A DNA stretch of 63,879 bases, the filler included, from Octopus bimaculoides (Eukaryota): assembly GCF_001194135.2 (NCBI RefSeq). It is 5 parts of 5 records of this genome, joined end to end, with 100 filler letters (N's around TTAATTAATTAA, not from the genome) between each part and the next. Parts side by side here need not be neighbours in the genome. Positions count along the whole stretch, not along the records: positions 1 to 21,451 come from NC_068985.1; 4 more parts are not named here. One strand, given 5' to 3'. The notes under the pieces are model-generated. The model did no database searches and had not been told where the DNA came from. It saw only the letters and a list, made by a program, of their open reading frames with translations. Positions within the stretch are counted from its first letter, which is position 1. Each line of letters starts with the position of its first letter. The position numbers and the translations under genes are program-made. Of the stretch, positions 1 through 11,329 are shown in pieces.

Positions 1-31
<31 letters not shown>
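1..31. repeat. (TA)n microsatellite
   Basis: Pure TA run at window start; similar (TA)/(CA)/(TATG)/(TCTA) arrays recur throughout and flank most N gaps. Confidence 0.95.
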
Positions 32-37
<6 letters not shown>

Positions 38-310
38 CTGTGTCTATGTGTCTATGTGTTTGTGTAACCTTCAGATGTGTTCTGTACATTGTCTACTTTA
101 ATATAATCATGCCTTACAACAACAAAAAAGGCAAAACAAAAGCAAACAAAAAGCGCACAAAACAAAACAGTAAACAAACAATGAATTAGAGAAAATATAA
201 AACTAGAGACGTCAGTTCAGAATATGTATTCTTTATTAGATTAAATTTAAATTCTGATTCTTCTGATCTATATAATCTTATCTATACTGACATAGATATA
301 CTCACATTTA

Positions 311-1020
311 TAGAGGGTGCGGTGAATAGACTATCGTTTAAATTACGCAAAAATGAAAATGATATTGACATCTCGTGCTAACAGATATATTTACCAAAAT
401 TACATAAAAATATCTTGAAATACTAAAGAATACAGTTATTCAATAAAATCGCCATTGGCTTCAACCACGGCTTCCAGACGACTTCAGAATCTCCTGTAAC
501 TCTTCTGGACGGTCTCCTTGTTTAAGTTGCCTTCAGTTCATCTTTGGTGTTACAAGGAGTTTTGTTGGTCTCTTGCTAAACTGTGCTCCACACATAATAA
601 TCAAGGGAGTTGCAGTTTAGAGAGTTAGGTGGCGAGATGTTAGTGGTGATGTGGTCTGACAGCCATGACTGGGTTCTTCTGCTTGTGTGGCATGATGCAG
701 AGTCCTGTTGCCAGATATAGGGTCTTCCAGCAACCACTCTCTTGACCCAAGGCACTTGATGCTGACCTCTGTGTTGAGTGTGAGGCCATTTGGGAAGACG
801 AATGGAGGCATAACGTCGTTACCACTAGTGATCACTGCAAACACCATTATGCTGACTGGATGTTTGATTTTTTATCGATCTCGGTACATGCACTGTCCTC
901 ATATTAACAAACTGGATCTTCCGGCACGAATGCCAAGCAGTAGAGCATGTTTCCACATTTCTGGCAGAGTGAATTGCATCATGGTGCTTTTTCTCTCACA
1001 GATGGTGCCCAGCTTACCCT
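311..1020 (-). mobile_element. Degenerate Tc1/mariner-superfamily (maT/DD37D-like) transposon, 3' half with one terminal repeat
   Basis: Minus-strand translation with frameshifts: MVFAVITSGNDVMPPFVFPNGLTLNTE / KRVVAGRPYIWQQDSASCHTSRRTQSWLSDHITTNISPPNSLNCNSLDYVW / LNKETVQKSYRRF*SRLEAVVEANGDFIE* (stop at 436-438). Second and third catalytic Asp motifs (QQDSA, NSLD) are visible. The end reads TA-GAGGGTGCGGTGAATA at 311; the other terminus was not found. Confidence 0.85.
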
Positions 1021-1158
1021 ATTATACTGTGTAGTAGACAAAATCAAAAACAAATAAAACGCACGCGCGAAATTAAAAGTATAAAATGGAGGCAATTTAT
1101 CGATCTGTGCGATGGATATATACATTTAAAATTATCTATCTAACTCTCTCTCTTCCTT

Positions 1159-1200
<42 letters not shown>

Positions 1201-1260
1201 ATACGTGTAATATATATGAACGCACACATACATATATGTATATATGCATACATGCATACA

Positions 1261-1292
<32 letters not shown>

Positions 1293-1504
1293 CACATACA
1301 GATATATGCACATATACGTACACAAACTTATACACATTTGTATAATTTCTCTCCGTCTCTTGATATGTATTATGTATCGATGTATATGTATATATATAAA
1401 AATACAAAATGGGACAAGAACGCAAAATATCCAGACAGTTATGCGATACAAGAAAGGGACAACAAAACATCCAGATAGACGATACAAAGAAAACAAGGAC
1501 GGGT

Positions 1505-1646
1505 CATTCGGAGTTTTCTCTTCTCAGTCGAGTTCCAGATTATCTTTGCAAATTCGGCTGGTTATACTCGAAGTTATACTCGAGCATAACCAGCCGAAAT
1601 TACAAAGATAATCTGGAAATCGACTAAGGAAAGGAAACTCCGAATG
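1505..1646. repeat. Long inverted repeat (67-bp arms, 8-nt spacer), probably part of a retroelement terminal repeat
   Basis: 1505-1571 versus reverse complement of 1580-1646: 59/67 identical by eye. The right arm runs into the N gap at 1647. Confidence 0.9.
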
Positions 1647-2036
1647 NNNNNNNNNNNNNNNNNNNNNNNNNNNNNNNNNNNNNNNNNNNNNNNNNNNNNN
1701 NNNNNNNNNNNNNNNNNNNNNNNNNNNNNNNNNNNNNNNNNNNNNNNNNNNNNNNNNNNNNNNNNNNNNNNNNNNNNNNNNNNNNNNNNNNNNNNNNNNN
1801 NNNNNNNNNNNNNNNNNNNNNNNNNNNNNNNNNNNNNNNNNNNNNNNNNNNNNNNNNNNNNNNNNNNNNNNNNNNNNNNNNNNNNNNNNNNNNNNNNNNN
1901 NNNNNNNNATATATAGCAGCGTACGTACACTTTGGTCTCTTATATGTATATCTATATCTATGAATCTATTCATCTAAACACACACAAAGACACGCATATA
2001 CATACATACATACATATATACATACATACATACATC

Positions 2037-2082
<46 letters not shown>

Positions 2083-2150
2083 CACATACACATATTTACA
2101 TATAAATATAGATACATATGCATATGCATGGTGCGTTTACGTAAGGTATG

Positions 2151-2800
2151 TATGGATTATTTTTGCAAATAGTACCTCTTGAAACATATGACATCGGCAC
2201 TGAAGCGCCTACTGGAGGTGTTACAAAACTATAAAGTACAAAATCTGGGAAAGGCTTCGATTCATTTATAGGAATCTCACATTATATCAGAAACAGCTCT
2301 GAGAAAGTTCTCGTCGATGTGCTAAAAAATAATGGCAAAAATTAGAGTTAGCTCGATCAGATTGGCCGGTAGCTTGCACAGAAAGCACTCGTATTTACGA
2401 ACCAGGAGTCAGATGCGGAAAATTAGCTACAATCCCATTGCATGCTTAATAACTGTTATATATAAACTGTAAAGAGTTCAAATGTTGTTTCAATGTCTCT
2501 GCAAGATCTATGGAGAAAAAACGAAGGTATATTGATGTGCAAAACAGCTGTTCATCAACAATGCTGCTTTTAGAAAGAAGCAATACAGCATCACCAAAGT
2601 CTACCGACAGTATGGCTGGGATGTGGCTAGACTAGGTGTTTGACTCTCACTCATGAATAAAAGTGTTGCAACGCCTTACTATCTATTTTCCATCCACTAT
2701 CATCGGTGCCCTAAAGTGAATGACTATAACATGAAGCACACAACTATTACTAAGAACAAAATCAACTGCTATAGTATTGGGTTAACGGAGGAAATATTCT
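2151..2800 (+). pseudogene. Possible highly decayed, intronless GDA1/CD39 (NTPDase/apyrase)-like sequence
   Basis: Fragments in changing frames appear in apyrase-conserved-region order and plausible spacing: YGLF/ANSTS, GKGFDSFIG, ESTRIYEPGVR, ARSMEK/NEGILM, TVWLGCG*T. Many stops and frameshifts; motif matches are weak. Confidence 0.3.
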
Positions 2801-2959
2801 AGAATCACAGCTTGTGTGTGATTCTGTTGTCCTGGCTGCAAACCTCGTCAGCCCTATTGAGGAAATGCAGTGTCTACATGTTAGTGTCTGCAGAAACAAG
2901 GCGAAATGTCACCCACGTACCTTTTGTATCAAACATGAAGCCGTATACAAGTAATATTT

Positions 2960-3900
2960 ATGACACCAAGAGATGGAGTTGGTTCGACCCTCTCATGGGA
3001 AAAAGGAATGAAGTTTGATCTAGGTAAAAGTTCATATTTTGTAGTTTATTGATAGAAGATTACTGACTAGATTAGGAACATAGCCATGAATGATCTGTTC
3101 ACATCAGCTATCTCCAATGAAAAGTGCTACTAGTATCTCGGAATTGATGTAAATATTGCATGCGTTGGTGCTATGAAGAAAGTTATGAAAGAACAATATA
3201 TAGTTTACTTGAAGAGTTCCGTAACATGAACTTCAAGATTAAATTAAGAAGATATTGGCTAGTACTGGTAAATTCGTTTCAAAAAGGAAATCTGTGTTAG
3301 ACGGTGAAATGTTGGCAGAGGTAGAAGATCTATCCAAACAGCCATAGAATCATTCATACACTATCTAATGAACAAATAATGCTCATCATGAGAATAAAAG
3401 AAGAACCACTGAATAAATATTGTCAGCTGTTCCGTGCGACTCCTGATCAACCGACACTCATCACATTAACAGAAAGTTATACACCGGTACATATCCTGTA
3501 ACTAAATGTTCAGTAACAACATTGATGGGAAGTATAGCCTTTTCAGGAATTTGAAACATGTAGCACGTCCCACGTAGAAGGATATGCTTTTAGCTACGAT
3601 CTAATTGGTAAAAAGGGATAAGAGTACTTGTACCATAACATTTTAGAAAATATCACATCCATCAAATAAGAAAGACCCAAAATAAATCTGCAAAGTACCA
3701 CCTTATTCTGAGAGATGACATAATTGATAAAAAATTCTTAAATTAGGAGTGATTGTCCTGACCAATGGTATACTAGAATCAGAATATATCCACTCCTTTA
3801 AAAATAAGATAGACTATGAAGCATTTCTAAAAAACAGTAATACGATGCAAGCATAACAGATGTAATATTATTCTGTGGGTCTGGGAACAAATATGCATTT
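2960..3900 (+). mobile_element. Old degenerate non-LTR retrotransposon fragment (R4/Dong-like RT region onward)
   Basis: GMKFDLGKSS (cf. GMEFGLxKC) and KCY*YLGIDVNI..MKKVMKEQY (cf. YKYLGIxE) resemble the better-preserved element at 8903-10580. Downstream SYDLIGK resembles RHDxVxK. Confidence 0.45.
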
Positions 3901-4461
3901 TTGTAGAGAGCAGCTGCCCAGCAGATATGAGTATTTTGTGTAAATTTGTGAGAAAATATAACATTTGTGCCGAACTAATGCCGAAATTACATCTGCTGTA
4001 TTCTGGCTATAGATTCCTATAAGTACAATAATGGTAGGTGTACTAGACTATGTTACAACAGATTTACATAAAAGCTTGCAAATGCACTGTGGTTTTTCCA
4101 AGGAATAACAATGAAATTGACTCGTATCCAAAGATACTCCATTTGAGTTTCCTGGAATGAATACTATACACGCAAATGCACAAAGGTTAGTCACATACAT
4201 TCGTCTACTAAACAAACATGAGTGCAAAGCCTCCACATATATATGCACATATTAATGCTCATATATATCTCTGTTTTCTCTCAAACGAAGAAACGTCGCC
4301 ACTTTACTTGATTTCAACAAAGAAATTAAATATCAAAAAAAAAAAAAATAATAATAATGATAATTCATAAACGCATTCATATTTACTTACATATTTTTGC
4401 ATACAAACTCAAATACACGGTTGTATATATAAACACAAATATATATAAGTACATGCGCGCG

Positions 4462-4463
<2 letters not shown>

Positions 4464-4548
<85 letters not shown>

Positions 4549-4550
4549 AC
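4464..4550. repeat. (CA)n microsatellite
   Basis: ~40 uninterrupted CA units. Confidence 0.95.
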
Positions 4551-5623
4551 ATTAGAATTTAATATCTCTTCAGTAAACTGTTATGATACAAGATGGTGGA
4601 CATTTTCGACACCATATTTGATTGAAATATAATGTCTATTACTTTACTTTACGTTAATATAATTCTTTAATGTATGACTTACTTGCTGTAATCGGCAGCG
4701 CGATCGCCCAGCAATTATTGAATGCAAGAAATCAATATAATTACTTCACCGTTTTGGACTTTTTGTTACTTATATGCTATAAAGGTTAAATTTAGTTTCT
4801 ATTTATGAAATATCCTGTGTTATAACATTACAGTAAGTGGTCAATAAAACGTCCGTTCTCTTATATATCACATATTATATTTAGACGACTGTCTAAATAA
4901 TTTGTCGGAAGCTTACGAGGTTTGCTTCGCAATTATAGCAAGCTGGTTCAATCCCACTGCTCGACACCCGGGGTAAAATGTCTTCTATGAAGTCTCTTAT
5001 AATTGACATTAAGGAGACAATAACTACCAGAAGTTTTGTTTCGAAATTATGACTAACCGTTTCAATCACACTAGTCGATACCTTAAGCAAGTCGTGACGT
5101 TGGATGGACGGAGATATCGAGAAGTTTATCGGATGGACTGTAGCTGTAATTGATAGTTATATAAACACAGATCTAGTCTTTCGTTGTATTCGTCGCCGTC
5201 TTCGTCTCCGTCGCCGCTGTTGAGGCCACTACCGTTGTTGGCGCTGTTATCGTTGCAGCCTTCGTCCTTGGGGAACATCAGGACAGCTTTAACCGGAAAG
5301 TCCTATAGTTCATCAGTTATCCAATTGTGCCAATGAATGAACGAGACCACCGGATGTGTTAATCCGGAGATATTCTGTTTCTACTTAACAGAGTGCCAAA
5401 CTGCCCGCTCCCATAATTCAACGATGAGCAGTCTGGAATGTGATGTATGACAGTCAGGACAATTGCCAAATATAATATTAAACGCAAAATTGAGCACGTT
5501 CGTCCGTTGTAGTAATTGCCATCGTCTAAACCGATATAAGATGAATTTAGTTTCTCAAATATAAACGGCATTGTAGAGATTCAGTGGTGCCTCTTTAGAC
5601 CATTTTTATTTTAGCGTGAAGTC

Positions 5624-5970
5624 TAACCCTAAACTTATTCCTAGCCCAAACCCTAATGCTACCTCTAAATCCTAAATTTAAACCCTAATCTTAACGATAA
5701 AGCTTATTCCTAACCATAACCCTAACCGTAAAGCCTAAACTAACCCTAAACCCTAACCTATTCTTAAATACTAACCTAACCCTAACCCTAAAACCTAATC
5801 CTAAAGTTGAACCCTAATCCTAACTTTAAACTCTAGTCCTAAATTCTTATCCTAACTCCCAAATCCTAATCCTAAATCCTTAACCCTAACCTTAAATCAT
5901 AACCTAAACCTGATCCTAAACTCTAAGCCTAAATCCTTACCCTAACGTGAAACCCTGATCTTACCCTAAT
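5624..5970 (+). repeat. Degenerate telomere-like (CCCTAA/CCTAAA) tandem array
   Basis: Dozens of CCTAA-cored 6-7-mers (aaccctaaccctaa, aatcctaa, aaccttaa) with strong C-strand bias; interstitial position. Confidence 0.85.
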
Positions 5971-6143
5971 TCAGAACCTGGTCATTTCGCGCCAAAGAAG
6001 CATCGATTCAGGTTCCGTTAATTAAACTTTCCGTCACTTACGTTGTTTCTACATTCTCTGGCTTCCCTTACAATTTGCAAAAGCAGGCAGCAAAAGCAGT
6101 GCATTGTCCCTATTAGCGATAATACAATTAAACAATATCTCAG

Positions 6144-6154
6144 CTAAGCAGCAA

Positions 6155-6195
<41 letters not shown>

Positions 6196-6262
6196 GCAGC
6201 AGCAACGGCAGCATCACCAACATCATCAGCAGCATCAGCATCAGCATCAGCTTCATCAGAAG
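6144..6262. repeat. (CAG)n/(CATCAG)n trinucleotide array
   Basis: Direct reading; produces the poly-Q ORF 6104-6289, which has no other coding signal. Confidence 0.9.
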
Positions 6263-6304
6263 CATCAACTACAAAACCACAAGACCTGAGAATCGAGGGT
6301 AGGA

Positions 6305-6395
6305 GATTTTTAATAGCGTTGATCCTAGTACGTGACTGGTACCTTGATTTATCAACTGTGAAGAGATGAAAAGCAAGGCAGAGTTGGCAAGGTAA
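6305..6395 (-). mobile_element. SINE fragment (family A, central part)
   Basis: Reverse complement contains ttcatc..gttgataaatcaaggtaccagtcacgtactagg, matching the central domain of family-A copies at 25842 and 31309. Confidence 0.55.
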
Positions 6396-6582
6396 ACTTA
6401 CGCGCGCGCGCGCGCACACACACACGCAACAACAACAACAACAATAACATACACACATATCTGAGCACAGACACATAAACTCACATACACGCATATATAT
6501 ACATGTACGTGTGGGGGGTACAAATGAAAAAGTCAGTTAGACTGAGATACTGACAGATATGGGAAACTAAGCTAAAATATAC

Positions 6583-6667
<85 letters not shown>

Positions 6668-6945
6668 CACAAACAGATAAATAGAAAAATAAATTTAGCG
6701 ATAGGTAGAAAGATAGTTAAGTTGATAAAGAGGCAGAGGACTACATAAATATGTCGGTAGATAAGTATGTAAACGAGCAGATAGAGACAGAAACACAAAG
6801 AATCACAAAAAATATACACACACACATACACAAACACACATATACAAACAAACATACACACAGCCACACTAATGTAAATGTAAATTTTGAAAACGTTCAT
6901 TTGTCAGTTATTTTATATACATACATACATACATACATATATATG

Positions 6946-6988
<43 letters not shown>

Positions 6989-7669
6989 NNNNNNNNNNNN
7001 NNNNNNNNNNNNNNNNNNNNNNNNNNNNNNNNNNNNNNNNNNNNNNNNNNNNNNNNNNNNNNNNNNNNNNNNNNNNNNNNNNNNNNNNNNNNNNNNNNNN
7101 NNNNNNNNNNNNNNNNNNNNNNNNNNNNNNNNNNNNNNNNNNNNNNNNNNNNNNNNNNNNNNNNNNNNNNNNNNNNNNNNNNNNNNNNNNNNNNNNNNNN
7201 NNNNNNNNNNNNNNNNNNNNNNNNNNNNNNNNNNNNNNNNNNNNNNNNNNNNNNNNNNNNNNNNNNNNNNNNNNNNNNNNNNNNNNNNNNNNNNNNNNNN
7301 NNNNNNNNNNNNNNNNNNNNNNNNNNNNNNNNNNNNNNNNNNNNNNNNNNNNNNNNNNNNNNNNNNNNNNNNNNNNNNNNNNNNNNNNNNNNNNNNNNNN
7401 NNNNNNNNNNNNNNNNNNNNNNNNNNNNNNNNNNNNNNNNNNNNNNNNNNNNNNNNNNNNNNNNNNNNNNNNNNNNNNNNNNNNNNNNNNNNNNNNNNNN
7501 NNNNNNNNNNNNNNNNNNNNNNNNNNNNNNNNNNNNNNNNNNNNNNNNNNNNNNNNCTATACACACACATGATGCACATAAACATACAAGTACAGTACAC
7601 AAACTCGCGCACACACACACACGCACACACACACACACACATACACACACACACACACACATATATATA

Positions 7670-8466
7670 AGAGATGTATTGTAGATTCAGACAATGAGTG
7701 CATTAATCTAATATCACAGATAAATAGAAGGAGAATCCGATTAGTCTTTCGTATTAGTTTATCCTGGATAGATAGATAAAAGTCCGTGGATGTCATACAT
7801 GAAGCTCACAAAGAAGAGAATGCAGAACGCAGAAAATCTTTTACGGTTGTTTCTAGGATGTGGTGTCCAATGAGTACAGTAATGTGCATTGTGTTGTATA
7901 TATACATGAATTAAATTGGTATTGGCGAATGAAAAATTCCAATTTCCCATAATTCTACTATAAAACTCTCCTATTCTACTACACTTACTATAGGATCTAT
8001 TATACTACATGACTGCATTCAATAGATGTAAATTAAGCCTGTACAGCTTACATAATGATAACTGTAACAGGGTAATAGAGTTGCTTTTCTGTGAGACTTA
8101 ACCGTAACAGGGTAGTAGATTTAGTATTCTGTGGGGCTTTACCAGCCATACTGACAGACATATGAATACGTTAAACAGAGGTGTATTGGATATTCACACA
8201 ATGAGTGCATTAATCTAATATCACAGATGAATATAAGGAGGATCCGATTAGTCTTTCGTATTAGTTTATCCTGTGAGCTTCATGGATGTCATACATGAAG
8301 CTCACAAAGAAGAGAATGCAGAATGCAGAACATGTTTTATGGTTGTTTCTAGGGTGTAATAGATCTTATAGTGGGTGTAGTAGAATAGGAGAGTTTTATA
8401 GAAGAATTATATAGCGAGTGATATTTATGCTCAGGTGGGAAATTGGAATTTTTCATTTGCCAATAC
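7670..8466. repeat. Compound duplication: ~185-bp direct repeat plus ~90-110-bp inverted repeat
   Basis: 7670-7862 matches 8177-8357 (direct). 7919-8004 matches the reverse complement of 8355-8466, which has an extra internal segment. Perfect 13-bp hairpin at 8272-8306. Confidence 0.85.
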
Positions 8467-8478
8467 TTTATATAATGC

Positions 8479-8846
8479 TTTCTAATTGATGAATCAATAC
8501 CAACAGATGACAATGTTTCTCTAAAAGAAACGAAGAAACTTTCAAGTTATAAAGATCTGGAAATACAGGTAACTTGAATGTGGAATCTAAAAACAGAAAC
8601 AATTCCTATCATAGTAGGCACCTTAGGTATAATAAAAACATATTCAGACAAATACATAACAAAAACACCAGGGCTTACAAATATATACAACATACAGAAA
8701 ATTGCACTACTGGGCACTGTGCACATCTTACGCAAAACACTTTCAATACAGTAACCATAAGAGCATCACAGCAAACCACAGCACATACCCAAGGCACACA
8801 GAGCTGCACTCGGTAGAAGTGAAAGCACGTGATAAAAATAAAACTA

Positions 8847-8849
<3 letters not shown>
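8479..8849 (+). mobile_element. 3' end of R4/Dong-clade LINE (REL endonuclease C-terminus + 3'UTR), family 1
   Basis: FLIDESIPTDDNVSLKETKKLSSYKDLEIQVT*MWNLKTETIPIIVGTLG...IQKIALLGTVHILRKTLSIQ* (stop 8752-8754), a typical REL tail, followed by a 3'UTR and (AAT)n. Confidence 0.85.

Positions 8850-8902
<53 letters not shown>
8850..8902. repeat. (AAT)n tail/target between two LINEs
   Basis: ~17 AAT units. Confidence 0.95.
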
Positions 8903-8903
<1 letters not shown>

Positions 8904-10580
8904 GAATCAAGTACTAGGAGAGGTGAAAATCAAGAAAGGAATCTTCCAGAGGTACACTGTGTCCCCACTGATATCCGTGCTGCGAATGATCATCTTGAGT
9001 GAAATACTACAGAAAACAGAGTTGGGGTATGATCTGGGAAAAGGTAAAGGAAAACTAAACCACTTGTTCTTCATGGACGGCCTGAAGATATTCACAAAAA
9101 ACTGAGGCCGAGATGGATAGCCTACTCCAGTCTGTGCAGATTTTCTCCAATGATATTAAGATGGAGTTTGGACTCTCAAAATGTGCTACGATGGTGATGA
9201 GACGAGGAGTACTTGCCAGGACAGAAGGCATATGATTGCCAAGTGGCGAAATGATGAAGGCAATTCAACCTCAATCTAGCTATAAATACATGGGAATACT
9301 TGAGGCAAATGGAATCAAACACTACGACATGAAGGAAAAAACAAAAAGAGAATACCTAGGGAGAGTGAGAAAAATATTGGCCTCAAAGCTGAATGCCAGA
9401 AACACAATTTCGACAATAAACTCGCGCGCCATACTGAACAATAATAATATGTGGAGATGGACCATACCGAAAATACATTTCGGTATGGTATGGAATTCTG
9501 ATGTGGACAGAGGAAGAGCTAAAGGACATGGACAGGAAGTCAAGAAAGCGTCTTACGATGCATGGTGACCATCATCCACGTGCAGACACTGATCACCTAT
9601 ACATGAAGAGAACAAATGGAGGAAGAGGACTGATAAGTGTGCTAGTTAGGAACGACGGAGTATTGAAAGCAGAGATGAAAAGGGACAGCAAAGGTAGAAG
9701 TACAAAAACGACATGAAGAAGAATTACGCAAGAAGAGACTATACAATCAATTCCATGTAACCACAACAGAAGTTGCTGGGAAAAACAGATGGTGTTGACT
9801 GATGAAAGGAACCCTTAAAAAAGAGACAGAGAGCACTATACTAGCAGCGCAGTACCAAGCTTTGACCACGAACTGGAGGCTCAGTCTGAGGAATGAGCAA
9901 GTATCTCTGTTTTGCCGTATCTGCAATAGAGTTGATGAAACCATTGCCCATATCACGAACGAATGTCCTAGACTTCCCCCAAACCACTACAAGTTGTGGG
10001 AACACGACCAGGTAGCGAAAGTGCTACATTGGAAACTGTATGAAAAGTGGGAGCTAGAGAGACAGAGGCAAGATGTGGTATGAGTACAAACCGCAGAGAG
10101 TAGCAGAGTCGGATACTCGCAAAATCCTCTTGGATTTCCCAATCCAAACAGATCAGGTGCTAGAGCATAACAGACCAGACCTAGTGCTGGTGGACAAGGT
10201 GCACCATATATGCTATATAGTTGACGTTGCTAGCCCCTTTGGCCCACGAACAATCAAAAAGATAGATAGATACAACCCTCTTATATATGAAATAGCTCGG
10301 CTATGGAAAATGAAGAAGGTGAAGATAGTGCCAATTATTGTTGGGTCCTTGGAAACAGTATCAGAAGGCATCACGAGAAATATAAAGGAAATTGGAATAG
10401 AGTTCCCAGTAGAACTGTTACAAAAAGTTCGCCTCCTTGGCACGGCTAGAATAATCTAGAACGTAATAGATAGCTGAAAAGAACGAATAGCACGGTACCG
10501 TAGGCTGTAGGTAGTAAGCCCGCTACGCATACAAGACACCAAGAGCTTCAACAAAACCTGTGATAAAGATAAAATGATAG
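8903..10580 (+). mobile_element. 5'-truncated R4/Dong-clade non-LTR retrotransposon (RT - CCHC - REL endonuclease), family 2, pseudogenised
   Basis: Frameshifted ORF pieces: NHLFFMDGLKIF (FMDD-type RT motif), YKYMGILE, WTEEELKDMDRKSRKRLTMHGDHHPRADTDHLYMKR..GGRGL, CRICNRVDETIAHITNEC (CCHC), HNRPDLVLVDK..IVDVASP (PD-D-K REL), LLQKVRLLGTARII*. Confidence 0.92.
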
Positions 10581-10632
10581 TAATAATAATAATAATCTAA
10601 TAATAATGATAATGATAATGATAATAATAATG

Positions 10633-10681
<49 letters not shown>
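10581..10681. repeat. (AAT/GAT)n tail
   Basis: Directly follows the 3'UTR of the element above. Confidence 0.9.
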
Positions 10682-10684
<3 letters not shown>

Positions 10685-11329
10685 CTACGCGCTTTAATGC
10701 GATAACAGGATTAGCATAGTCATTAATAATATCTATAATAATATCTCAGGTTTGGAAAGTATGTATAACCAGACACGCGAGACAAGAAACAACGATGTTT
10801 GATCAGAGTCTGGAATAGCATGTACACCACTGGCAACAAAATTCTCTAACAAAATTACAATTTTAAATCGGGTATCAACTTTAAAGGTAGAAATCATGGT
10901 AATAAGTATGTAAGTAGGAATCCTTCCCGCTTTCAAATGGCCAATGCTACTCCTATGCTCTCCCTAATGTTGATTCACTTACCCCGCTAATGTTTTTAAT
11001 ACTATAACTAAAATTATTGGGGAACATATCAGCGAAATTACTGCTGGAGATAATAATAGGGGCGGCAACTCTATTAGCTATATTAATCATAGTAGTCAAA
11101 AGAGGGATATTGTCGCACCCATTCATCTAGACCCTGACGGCGGCCAAATTCACGCTAATAAACGGGATAGTTTCATTATATTGGATGCTAATATAAATAC
11201 TAGTTTAACTAACGATACGGATTAAAGCAATAATGTGATTAACAATAATTGCTGTTTAATACGTGATAAAAAATGTGACTCTAGAATACTTAATAAATGC
11301 CACTTGAATGGTTATTCTTGAGAAATGCA

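Noticed and set aside
200-275. Hairpin TCAGAAT/ATTCTGA with TAGA/TCTA flanks on the minus strand
   Set aside because: Neither CUGANGA nor GAAA is intact; AT-rich complementarity could be chance.
6104-6289. Poly-Q/His ORF resembling a transcription-factor tract
   Set aside because: Starts at a non-ATG codon, consists only of the CAG/CAT microsatellite, and has no splice signals or flanking domain.
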